Positions 36,104-44,815 of a DNA stretch of 64,000 nucleotides are shown here, in pieces. The translations under genes were made by a program, and so were the position numbers. This DNA is from Rhodothermia bacterium (GTDB taxonomy: Bacteria; Bacteroidota; Rhodothermia; Rhodothermales; JAAAOL01). The stretch spans positions 854-64,853 of the forward strand of contig JAUIDY010000015.1 of assembly GCA_030428385.1 (NCBI GenBank). The letters run 5' to 3'. The first letter of the stretch is position 1; every line of letters starts with the position of its first letter. The notes below the pieces were generated by a model. That model ran no database searches and was not told the DNA's origin. It saw only the letters and a list, made by a program, of their open reading frames with translations.

Positions 36104-36213
36104 TGACGCCTCCGTTTGCCTCTTTTTGGGCAACACGTCGCATGGGCAACAGGACGCGTGGTGCCAAACCGTCCGATAAGAAATGCTACCTTGCGTCGCC
36201 CCCTGGAAGAAGC

Positions 36214-39200
36214 CTACCAACCTTCCAGGTAGCTCGTCGGAGAAGTGCCATAGACTTTGTTAAAGGCACCCCAGAACGCGCTGTAGCTGCGGAAACCCAC
36301 GGCATGGGCCACCTCCTTGGCCGAAACGCCTTCCCGCAGCAACACGAGGGCCTGTTCCAGCCGCATCCGTCGCAGCAACGCCCCCGGAGACTCGTCCGTG
36401 AGCGCCTTCAGCTTCCGCAGCAGTTGGCGGCGGCTTAGATGCAAGGCATCGGCGAGGTCGTCCACCCCAAACGCGGCATTGCTCAGGTGGTGCGTAATCT
36501 GTTCCTTCACCTCGTTCAGAAAGGCTTGCTCGTTGGCAGGCATGGCAGGCAAGGCAGACGCGGCCTGCTCCTGTTGCGCGGCTTCCTGTTGGCTGAAGAG
36601 CATCCGCAGGCGCTGCCGTTCCTCCAGAAGCACCCGCACCCGCACGCGCAGTTCTGCGGCATCGAACGGCTTGGGCAAGTACGCATCTGCGCCCGACTTA
36701 AACCCGGCGATGCGGTGTTCTACCTCGGCCTTTGCGGTCAGAAGCACCACGGGAATATGGCTCGTGCGCAGGTCGGCCTTGAGCGCATCGGTGAGCGCCA
36801 GCCCATCGACCTCCGGCATCATCACATCCGAAAGCACCAGGTCGGGGATCCACTGCTGGGCTTGCTCCAGCCCCACCCGTCCGTTGGTTGCCTCCACGAT
36901 GGTGTAGTCGTGCTCCAGGTGGCTGCGGATATAGGCCCGCATGTCGGCATTGTCTTCCACCACCAGCACCACGGTGGCCTCCTCCGCAGGCACCGGAGAT
37001 GTCGGCTCCGAAGCCGTCGCCTCGGTGGCCTGGGCCACCAGATCCAGATGATGGGTGTATTCCCTGTTAGCACGGGACGTTGTATGACCATCGCCCCCAT
37101 GCGACACCGATGGCTCCGGCAGGGCCGCCCGTTGGTCTTCCGTTCCCCCCAGCAGTGGCAAATAGGTGGTAAACGTGGAGCCCGTTCCTGGCTCGCTCTC
37201 GACGGTGATGTGCCCGCCGTGCAGCTTCACGAGTTCCTCCACCAGCGCCAGCCCAATCCCCGATCCTTCGTAGGCCCGTGTCTCGGTGCGCTCGACCTGA
37301 TAAAAGCGGTCGAACAGGTGCGGCAGGTGCACTTCGTCGATGCCCAGCCCGGTGTCAGCTACAGCAATACGCGCCGTGCCCTCGGCATCGTGCCTCAACG
37401 AGAGGGTGACCGTACCACCCGGCGGCGTGAACTTGACGGCGTTGGAGAGCAGGTTGACCACCACCTTCTCGATCTTGTCCTCATCGAAGACATGCCACAG
37501 CGGCTCCTTGGGCAGATGGATGCGAAAATGCAGGCCGCGCTGCCGGGCGACGTCCTGGAAAAGCACCGCTATCTCGCGCAGGTGGCGGGCCAGATCGCCA
37601 CGACGGGCCTCAAGGTGTAGCGCTCCGGCATTCAGGCCCGAGAGTTCGAGAAGTTGATTGATCAACCGCAGCAGCCGCTGCCCGTTGCGCCGGGCGCGTT
37701 CGAGGTGCGGGAGGGCAGCTTCTTCCACCTGATACTGTCCGTCGAGCAAGTCGTTGATTGGGCCGAAGGTGAGGGTAAGCGGTGTGCGAAACTCGTGTGA
37801 GATGTTCGCCAAAAAACGCGACTGAAACTCGTTAGTCCGGCGCAAGTCCATTGCGCGTTCCGCTTCGGCCGCCAGCGCACGGCGGCGTAGGCGGTTGCGC
37901 CCCACCAAAAGCACCACCACGGCCAGCAGCAAGCCCAGCCCTAGCAGCAACCCCGCCACCCACCAGCGCTGCTGCCGCCGCTGCTGCTCCAGCGCCTCAA
38001 TCTGCCGCGCTTGTTCCCGCGTGCGGTACTGCTGCTGAAGCTCAGCGATCACCCCCTGACTTTCGGCGCTATAGAGCGAGTCCTCCACGGCTTTGTAAGC
38101 ACGGTAGGCGTTCAGGGCTTCCTCGAACCGCCCCATCTGTTCAAGGATTTCGCTTCGTTGCAGGTGGGCATCCAAGGCGCGGGGCAAGGCCCCTATCGAG
38201 TCGGCTAGCGCCAGCGAGACGTTCGTCATCGCCAGGGCTGAATCAAGCTTGCCGAGTTCGGCATATGTTGCGCCGATGTTCGCCTGCACCCGTGCCAGAT
38301 CTTCCCACGTTCCTTCTGCAACTAACAAGGGCTGGGCGCGGCGATAAAGCGCCAGGGCGGTCTCATAGTCGCTCTGCTTGCTGTACACAGAACCCATATT
38401 GTAGTGCGCCCGTGCGATGCGTTCCTGGTCACCCATTTCCTCGCTCAGGCGTAGCGACTCGGTGTACGCGGCCAGCGCCTCACTCAGTTCGCCAAGCTCC
38501 AGGTAAGTGTTGCCGGTGTTATTCAGCGTTGCTGCCATCCCGGGCTTGTTTTGCAGGGAAGCAAACACGTCGTAGGCATCCTGAAAGAATGTGCGAGCCT
38601 GCAAAACATCCCCTTGATCTTCGTACAGGTCGCCAACCTGATTGAGGGATTCAGCAACGCCCCGCAGGTCGCCTATTTCCTCCCGCAATGCTAATGCGCG
38701 GCTGTGATACACGAAGGCGCTGTCATAATCGCCTTGCTGTTCGTACCCTATGCCGAGATGGTGCAACACGAAGGCAATATCTTCCTTATCCCCAAGTTGC
38801 TCCCGAAGCACCAACGCCCGGTGCAGCCACAGCACCGCTTGATCGTAGGCTTGCCTCCTTAACTGAATGCGTCCCATCCAATACCAGGCAATCGCCTGCC
38901 CACGAATGTCGCCGCTGGCTTCATACAAAGGCACTGCTTGTTGGTACCATGCCAGCGCTGCCTCGTCGTTTCCTTGCCCCCGCTCGATGGTGGCGAGGTT
39001 GGTAAGGGTGCTGGCCTGCCCCCGGATATCGCCCTGTTCTTCTTTAAGCGCTAGCGATTGCTCGCAGGTGGTGCGGGCTTCGTCATAGGCTTCCTCACGG
39101 CGATAGAGAATGCACCGACTATTTAATGTGGCGGCCTGCCCTGTCACGTCGCCCACTTCTTCGTACAACAACAACGCCTCCTCGAAGTCGCGGTGGGCGG

Positions 39201-39636
39201 CTGCAAAGTCTCCGGCATCCCGGTGCAAGCGCGCGGTCAGATAGGCACTGTGGGCGGTAGATAACGGATCAGCCATCGCTTCGAGCCGCGCCGCATAAAC
39301 CTGCACCGAGTCGGGCTGATCCAAATAGGCGTGCGCCTGTGCGCTGCGGAAAAGCACCTGCCGCCGCCAATCGGAATTAGGAGCACGTTCGAGCCCTGCC
39401 AGCGCTTCGTTCCCAGCGGCGAGGGCGCGTTCGGGTTCATTGCGGTAGGTTGCCTCGACGAGTTCGACCAAAAGGACCAACCTTGCGGGACCTGTGGCTT
39501 CTCCTAACCGTGCTTTTAAGCTATCCGTATGCGACTGTGCGTGCACGAGCGGGATTCTTGCCAGCCAGCACAGCACAAGCAGAAGTCCCGCTGCCTTTAA
39601 AAAAAGCGGTACCTGTAGGCGCTTACTGCTACTCAT
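36214..39636 (-). CDS. Hybrid sensor histidine kinase/response regulator with AraC-type HTH (TPR sensor)
   Basis: Signal/anchor, then about 500 aa of TPR-like repeats (GDIRGQA.., GDLRGVAESLNQVGDLY), a coiled coil and a TM helix. H-box SRFLANISHEFRTPLT. HATPase G-boxes. Receiver VLVVEDNADMR..LSDVMMPEVDG. AraC-type HTH. Confidence 0.9.
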   Translation of the reverse strand: MSSSKRLQVPLFLKAAGLLLVLCWLARIPLVHAQSHTDSLKARLGEATGPARLVLLVELVEATYRNEPERALAAGNEALAGLERAPNSDWRRQVLFRSAQAHAYLDQPDSVQVYAARLEAMADPLSTAHSAYLTARLHRDAGDFAAAHRDFEEALLLYEEVGDVTGQAATLNSRCILYRREEAYDEARTTCEQSLALKEEQGDIRGQASTLTNLATIERGQGNDEAALAWYQQAVPLYEASGDIRGQAIAWYWMGRIQLRRQAYDQAVLWLHRALVLREQLGDKEDIAFVLHHLGIGYEQQGDYDSAFVYHSRALALREEIGDLRGVAESLNQVGDLYEDQGDVLQARTFFQDAYDVFASLQNKPGMAATLNNTGNTYLELGELSEALAAYTESLRLSEEMGDQERIARAHYNMGSVYSKQSDYETALALYRRAQPLLVAEGTWEDLARVQANIGATYAELGKLDSALAMTNVSLALADSIGALPRALDAHLQRSEILEQMGRFEEALNAYRAYKAVEDSLYSAESQGVIAELQQQYRTREQARQIEALEQQRRQQRWWVAGLLLGLGLLLAVVVLLVGRNRLRRRALAAEAERAMDLRRTNEFQSRFLANISHEFRTPLTLTFGPINDLLDGQYQVEEAALPHLERARRNGQRLLRLINQLLELSGLNAGALHLEARRGDLARHLREIAVLFQDVARQRGLHFRIHLPKEPLWHVFDEDKIEKVVVNLLSNAVKFTPPGGTVTLSLRHDAEGTARIAVADTGLGIDEVHLPHLFDRFYQVERTETRAYEGSGIGLALVEELVKLHGGHITVESEPGTGSTFTTYLPLLGGTEDQRAALPEPSVSHGGDGHTTSRANREYTHHLDLVAQATEATASEPTSPVPAEEATVVLVVEDNADMRAYIRSHLEHDYTIVEATNGRVGLEQAQQWIPDLVLSDVMMPEVDGLALTDALKADLRTSHIPVVLLTAKAEVEHRIAGFKSGADAYLPKPFDAAELRVRVRVLLEERQRLRMLFSQQEAAQQEQAASALPAMPANEQAFLNEVKEQITHHLSNAAFGVDDLADALHLSRRQLLRKLKALTDESPGALLRRMRLEQALVLLREGVSAKEVAHAVGFRSYSAFWGAFNKVYGTSPTSYLEGW

Positions 39637-39938
39637 GGCGTCCTGCTAGTTGCTTTATGCTGGCATCGATCCTGACTACCCTTAAGTTAAGGCTTATTAG
39701 CCTAGTACTGCAGGGCCCATTCACCAACTTACTTTGAGTGTATTTGCGCAGGCCAAAAGCTCATTGTTGAGCCAATTAGGGCGTTTCGTGCGGAACAACA
39801 AGCAGACCGCCAAACAAATCGCTGCATTTGATTTCAAGCGGAGCTTGTCCAGCGCCCAGAAACTGCTCCCTCCACGCTCACGCACGGAGATCTCCCGCTT
39901 CAATAGAGGATGAACAACAACCTAAAGACAACAAAAAA

Positions 39939-39972
39939 GGGATTGGTCGGCTTGCTACTACGGACCAATCCC
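39939..39972 (-). terminator. Orphan intrinsic-terminator-like hairpin (minus-strand sense)
   Basis: 10-bp stem GGGATTGGTC/GACCAATCCC with a 14-nt loop. On the minus strand it is followed by TTTTTTGTTGT. No minus-strand gene ends nearby. Confidence 0.4.
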
Positions 39973-40015
39973 AAAAGGTGGCTCCTGCGGTTCAGTTTTC
40001 GAAGCATTTCATCGT

Positions 40016-40324
40016 CTTCTGGAGGGTACCTGGTCAGGCCTGTTTAACGTGCCTCAACCCGCAGGCATCCTAGTGCAACGTGTTGTTGCATATTCACCTG
40101 CCGCTGACCTTGGTCTCGAACCGGGCTATGTACAGGCAACCATAGAGGGAGAGTCGTTGCTGCTAGGCGGAGATATTCTCCTTGAGGTGATGGATATTCC
40201 TATTTCTGGCGAAGGAAACAACTGGCAACGGATTCAGGCCGTCCTTGCCGAAAAAGACGCCGCCACGCCCGTGACGCTGAAAGTATTACGTGGAGGACAA
40301 GTGGTCGTTTTATCCACACCGTGA
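40016..40324 (+). pseudogene. 3' fragment of an HtrA-like protease gene (diverged duplicate of 29926-30234)
   Basis: It aligns without gaps to the last ~100 codons of the protease and ends at the same stop. Across the full 323-nt alignment, which runs 14 nt past the stop, there are 24 mismatches (hand count). There is no upstream catalytic domain or start codon. Confidence 0.8.
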
Positions 40325-40643
40325 CGACGAAGAATAAAAGATAGAAAGCGTTGACCATGTTGATTTTGGGAGAGCCGGATGGTGGTTCCGCCAAGCCCGG
40401 CGTGGAGCAGCATATACAGACAGAAATCAAAGTCCGTGTGGGCAAAAAACCCTTCGGGGAGCGAAAATAGGCTTCGCTGATCCGTGAGCAAAGCCGTCGA
40501 TTGGTCCAAGGCATGTCCAAAGCGAAGCGATGGACCGACCGAAGGGTTCTTGGTTGGGCAGAAGGTTCGTGCGTTCCTGAACAACAGTGGCGTGGCTCAG
40601 GCTTGTATTTTTGATGTCGACCAAGATGTTTCTGAAAGCCGCC

Positions 40644-40763
40644 TGATGCATACCCATTGCACGCTGAAAGCGCAAAACAAGACAAAGCCCCTGCCTTCAA
40701 TAGAAAACGGGGGCTTTGTTGTACCTATCAGTACCAAAGTCTTTGCATTAGAAGAACTTACGG
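40644..40763. repeat. Intergenic repeat cassette, copy 3 (abuts tRNA-Val)
   Basis: Its 82-nt core is identical to 4288-4369. The tail AAAGTCTTTGCATTAGAAGAACTTACGG ends 10 nt from the tRNA 3' end. Confidence 0.7.
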
Positions 40764-40773
40764 CAACGATCTG

Positions 40774-40847
40774 TGGGCCCGGCGGGATTCGAACCTGCGA
40801 CCTCTCGCGTGTGAGGCGAGCGCTCTAAACCACTGAGCTACGGGCCC
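40774..40847 (-). tRNA. tRNA-Val (anticodon CAC)
   Basis: The reverse complement is GGGCCCGTAGCTCAGTGGTTTAGAGCGCTCGCCTCACACGCGAGAGGTCGCAGGTTCGAATCCCGCCGGGCCCA. It folds into a cloverleaf with a 7-bp acceptor stem, D arm GCTC/GAGC, anticodon stem CTCGC/GCGAG, loop CTCACAC, and T loop TTCGAAT. There is one A-C mismatch in the T stem. Confidence 0.85.
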
Positions 40848-40895
40848 TTCGTGTTTTGAAAAGGGTGCCTATAGTAAAGCCGCCTTGTGCGAATG

Positions 40896-41495
40896 TCAAG
40901 GGGCTCCATGCGTTCTTTGCAAACGCGCCTGCCGCACGGTATCAGCCAGATGAATCACCTTGGGTACATAAGAAGGCGTGGCCGCCAGCGAGGTGCTCAA
41001 CAACAGCGGACCCCGCTCCTTCAGGATAAACCGATCCGGCAACAAGGGGGTCATGGGCACCCGCGCCTCCTGGCTCATACGCACCACGGTCTGCGGCGTG
41101 ATGGCGGCCTCTTCGACGGGCAGCAAAACGCCCACCAACATGCCCAGCAACACCAACATGGCGGTGGCAGACGCAATGCCTGCAGCGGTACCTAATCGCT
41201 CGGCGGCATTGGGGGGCAACACGGCATCCTCCTGGAGAAGTTCGCCCGCCAGGCGGCGACGCACACGGGTATTCACGTTTCGGCAATTCCGGGGTCCCCG
41301 GCAACCGCACAAGAGCGACTTGGCCTGCATCAAGGCTTCGGCGTGGCGGCGCATGTCGGGGTTCGCATCGAGGTATTCCTCAAAGACCACCCGCACATCC
41401 GGGTCCATCGTCCCGTCCACGTATTCACAAAACAGTTCATCAAGCCCTGAATACGAACAGTCTCCTTCGTCGGCGCGATAGTATCCCTCGTCCAT
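40896..41495 (-). CDS. Putative anti-sigma-factor-like membrane protein (zf-HC2-like N-terminus)
   Basis: The N-terminal CEYVDGTMDP..FEEYLDANPDMRRH pattern resembles zinc-finger anti-sigma factors. There is one TM helix, ATAMLVLLGMLVGVLL. No sigma factor gene is adjacent. Confidence 0.5.
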   Translation of the reverse strand: MDEGYYRADEGDCSYSGLDELFCEYVDGTMDPDVRVVFEEYLDANPDMRRHAEALMQAKSLLCGCRGPRNCRNVNTRVRRRLAGELLQEDAVLPPNAAERLGTAAGIASATAMLVLLGMLVGVLLPVEEAAITPQTVVRMSQEARVPMTPLLPDRFILKERGPLLLSTSLAATPSYVPKVIHLADTVRQARLQRTHGAP

Positions 41496-41694
41496 AGGCG
41501 GTGCGTCGTTCTGCTTGGTTCTGTGGAAACAACGTGGGTTGGGAATGCAACGGCAACGGCTAACCGGGTGTGCAGTTCCAGCCGTTTTTTCGCCATCGTC
41601 ACGGCGCGAATCACGACCCACTCCAGGAAAGGTTCCATAGCTCCTCCCCTGTTGAATTCGCCAAGTACCACCTCATTGGCTCACAGGCCCAGCT

Positions 41695-42744
41695 TCAAGC
41701 CGCACGGTCGCTCGGCACGCGCAGGGGTGCGGGCAGAAGCCGCCGTAGCAAAAGCAGCAGAATCAGCCGGTCGTCGCGGTTAGAACCACCCTTCAATTCG
41801 TAATCGGCCGCGAGCAGGGCTGCAAACGCCCGCTCAATATGAGACCGGGTAAAACGACGGAGGCTAAACAGGTATTCTTTGATAAAAAACGGGTTGATCC
41901 CTACCTGTCGCGCGATGTCTTTCTCGGGCATGCCCTTCGCCTGGTAGGCATGTAGCTTCTGCAACCGGGAGAAATAGGTCGTCAGGACGGCTACAATCAT
42001 CAACGCCTCGCCACGTGTGTTGGAGGCCTGCTGCACCAGCCGCTCGGCAATACGAACCGCATCGGCAAACCGCCCTTCACCTAACGCCTTTTGCAACTCG
42101 AACACATTAAACTCACGTGTTTGTCCCCCGGCCCGAAGCACATGATCCTCCGTCAGCGTGCTGGCCTCTCCCGCGTAGGTGATGAGCTTCTCGATTTCGC
42201 CTGCTGCCGCTTGCAGATTGGTACCCACAAAATCGGCCAACATCTGCACCGCCCGCGCCTCGATGCGATAGCCCCGCTGTTGCACCCGCCCTTGTATCCA
42301 CTTGGGCATCTCTCGTGGATAAAACGGCTTAAACTCACCCCAGGCGGCGTGCTTCTTCAGGGCCCGGTATGGATGGCTCGACAGGTTGGGTTTGTTGCTG
42401 CACACCAACACCACCACCGCACTCGGATTCGGCTGGGCGGCGTAGTGCTGAAAAAGGCGGTTGTCTTTTAACTTCTCGAAGTTGCGCACAATAACTACAC
42501 GCCGCGTCGCCATCATGGGGTACGAGGCGCATAACAACAGCACTGCCTGGGCTTCGGCGTCTTGCCCGTATACGAGGTCGTAGTTAAAATCCCGTTCGTG
42601 TGGCGTCAGGGCGTGGGCCAGCAAGGTCTCTTGCAACTCTTCGATAAGAAATGGCTCTTCGCCATAGAAGAAATACAACGGCTCGAAGTTGCCGTGCCGG
42701 AAAGCCGTGTTGAGGCGTTCGTAAGTGAGGCCAGATTTGCTCAT
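41695..42744 (-). CDS. holA: DNA polymerase III subunit delta
   Basis: The N-terminus F..PLYFFYGEEPFLIEE and the overall ~350-aa length are typical of HolA. The start at ATG 42744 is preferred. Confidence 0.8.
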   Translation of the reverse strand: MSKSGLTYERLNTAFRHGNFEPLYFFYGEEPFLIEELQETLLAHALTPHERDFNYDLVYGQDAEAQAVLLLCASYPMMATRRVVIVRNFEKLKDNRLFQHYAAQPNPSAVVVLVCSNKPNLSSHPYRALKKHAAWGEFKPFYPREMPKWIQGRVQQRGYRIEARAVQMLADFVGTNLQAAAGEIEKLITYAGEASTLTEDHVLRAGGQTREFNVFELQKALGEGRFADAVRIAERLVQQASNTRGEALMIVAVLTTYFSRLQKLHAYQAKGMPEKDIARQVGINPFFIKEYLFSLRRFTRSHIERAFAALLAADYELKGGSNRDDRLILLLLLRRLLPAPLRVPSDRAA

Positions 42745-42977
42745 GAGGCGATAACGTTGGACGCTTGGGCAAGAGAAAAACGCAGCGAAGTCCTGTTGGT
42801 TTTGCCGCAACGTAGGGTCAGTTGGTGGTCATATGCTCGCTTTGCTCGCGTCATAGGTGGTCATTTGCAGGCTGCGCCTGCGTCATTAATACAACAGACA
42901 GCCCCACAGGGGCATTATGACCTATCCGAAGGATATAAAGGACGCGAAGCCCATGACGCCCCAAGAGCAAAGGACCA

Positions 42978-43496
42978 TCAATGCCCCGCCCGGTGGCGCT
43001 TGGGCATCAGGGCTTCCAGGTGATAGCCAATAGCACGGAGCAGATTGGCATCGTGTTGCGTCAGGGAGTGGGCAAGAGCATATACATCAACCGGCGCTCC
43101 GTCCAGGAGGCCCTTGCGGTTCCACGCGTCGGCTGAAATAGCCTGCAACACCGCCAGCACGTCGCGGCGCGCCCGCTGCACCTCGGCCAGTAGCACCTCC
43201 GGCGCTTGCTCGTTAAAGGATGCTTCTGCAATCAGCGTCTGTTCATCCGTAACGACCAGCGTGGGAGTTTCTTCAGCCAGCAGTTGCTGAAGCTGCGGCA
43301 GCATTACCAACTCATCGTAGGCCGCGATCCAACCATACGTCTCGCGCAGCGACAGCCCCGCCGCGTCGGTCTTGAGTTGCTGCAACGCCTCGGGGACCTG
43401 ATCAATAACCGGCTTCAGCGCCTCTACTTCGTCGATCAGGTAGGCCAGTTGATCCAGCAGCGCCGCGCGCCGTTGCTCCGGCGAAGAATATCGCAC
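42978..43496 (-). CDS. Hypothetical protein (possibly DinB-like helical bundle)
   Basis: 172-aa helical ORF with good coding character. The family assignment is uncertain. Confidence 0.55.
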   Translation of the reverse strand: MRYSSPEQRRAALLDQLAYLIDEVEALKPVIDQVPEALQQLKTDAAGLSLRETYGWIAAYDELVMLPQLQQLLAEETPTLVVTDEQTLIAEASFNEQAPEVLLAEVQRARRDVLAVLQAISADAWNRKGLLDGAPVDVYALAHSLTQHDANLLRAIGYHLEALMPKRHRAGH

Positions 43497-43501
43497 AGCG
43501 G

Positions 43502-44227
43502 CTAGTTGGTGGTGTTTTCGTAAGGCACATCGGGACCGCTGCGGGCACCGCCCCAGGTGTTGCTCGCAGCCACGGGCACTTCTTCGCGGGCGTGGGTGGT
43601 TTCCAGTTCTTCCATGCCCTCTTCCACCAGCCAGTTCAGGAAATGGCGGTCCTTGAGGCTGTGCAGGTTGTTGTCGGGCTTAAACCCCCACTGCTTGCCA
43701 AACTGCGGATCTTTGTATTCGTCCAGCCACTCCAGCCGGTCCACAAGCCGCTCGGCAGGCATCAACAGGCGCTCCAGTCCAAAAATGGCCTCTTCGCGGT
43801 GCTGAAACGTAAGGTCGTATTCCTTCGACATCACGATGGCTTCCTCGGGGCACACTTCCTCACAGAAGCCGCAATAGATACACCGCAGCATGTTGATCTC
43901 GAACCAGGCGGGCTCGCGCTCCTTGGGGCTCGTCGGGTCATCTACTTCCTTCGACTGCATCGAGATGGCCATGGGCGGACAGGCACGGGCACACAGGTTG
44001 CACGACACACACCGGGCGCGGCCTTCTTCTTCCACCAGCACCGGGCGGCCCCGGAAGTTGTCTGGCGGATACCACTGCTCATCGGGATACTGAAACGTCA
44101 CCAGGGGCTCCTTCATCCGGCGGAAGCTGTAGCCCAGCCCCTTAAACACCTCTGGCAGGAATATTTTCTCCCAGAAGTTGAGCTTGCGTTCGTTTTTTGT
44201 GCTTGTATTTACAGGCGTACCCGGCAT
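43502..44227 (-). CDS. nuoI: NADH-quinone oxidoreductase subunit I (2x[4Fe-4S])
   Basis: Two ferredoxin motifs, [12 protein letters not shown] and [12 protein letters not shown], lie in the NuoI-typical context. No other nuo genes are in the window. Confidence 0.85.
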   Translation of the reverse strand: MPGTPVNTSTKNERKLNFWEKIFLPEVFKGLGYSFRRMKEPLVTFQYPDEQWYPPDNFRGRPVLVEEEGRARCVSCNLCARACPPMAISMQSKEVDDPTSPKEREPAWFEINMLRCIYCGFCEEVCPEEAIVMSKEYDLTFQHREEAIFGLERLLMPAERLVDRLEWLDEYKDPQFGKQWGFKPDNNLHSLKDRHFLNWLVEEGMEELETTHAREEVPVAASNTWGGARSGPDVPYENTTN

Positions 44228-44436
44228 TGTGGTTGGTCAATCGTATGCAAAGCGTAAGAAACGGGGAGCAATATACGATAGGAAACCGTGTCGTGTACCA
44301 TCAAACCTGCTGCGCCGATAGACATGACTGGATTTTCACTGTCCGTTGACCGTCTTTGTGCCATCGGATGCGCAACAGCCTGTCCGGTGCATCGTAACTT
44401 GTTTGACTCTCCTCCCAATCATAGCCCGAACCAACA

Positions 44437-44811
44437 ATGGAAAACTTCTGGCCGTTTAGCTGGGTCCTGATCCCGTTGCTTGCCATTCTTGTAGGTGGAT
44501 TCACCGAATGGCTCAAGTTTAAGGAAAAGGCCCGCAAGCTAGGCTCGTCGGCCGAGGAACTGGAAAAGACGGTGGAACAGCAGGCAAAAGCGCTGGAAGC
44601 ATCAGAAGCAGAACGCGCGGCGCTGGTGAAGCGCATCCAGAACCTGGAAGCCATTGTGACCAGCCAGATGTGGGACGTGATGCACGAAGAGCCACAGGCC
44701 TCCCCACAACGTGAACGCGCTCTCTCCGAAGCCCGCGTTTACCTCGACGCTCCGGAAGAACCGTCCGACGCCGACCAGGTGGCCCGGTTAGCCCGCCGCC
44801 TGAAAACCTGA
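44437..44811 (+). CDS. PspB-like small membrane coiled-coil protein
   Basis: One N-terminal TM helix, then a coiled coil ending in KRIQNLEAIVTSQMWD. This resembles the RIQALESILD motif of PspB (from memory). Confidence 0.55.
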   Translation: MENFWPFSWVLIPLLAILVGGFTEWLKFKEKARKLGSSAEELEKTVEQQAKALEASEAERAALVKRIQNLEAIVTSQMWDVMHEEPQASPQRERALSEARVYLDAPEEPSDADQVARLARRLKT

Positions 44812-44815
44812 GGCT

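Noticed and set aside
29926-40324. Protease 3' duplication considered as a diversity-generating retroelement template/variable pair.
   Set aside because: The substitutions are not adenine-specific, they are mostly synonymous, and no reverse transcriptase is nearby.
40200-40700. Minus-strand ORFs beginning inside the hairpin repeat (40200-40700 and 30220-30417, MKAGALSCFA...).
   Set aside because: The shared N-termini merely reflect the repeated DNA. They use TTG starts inside a stem-loop and run antisense through the protease copies.
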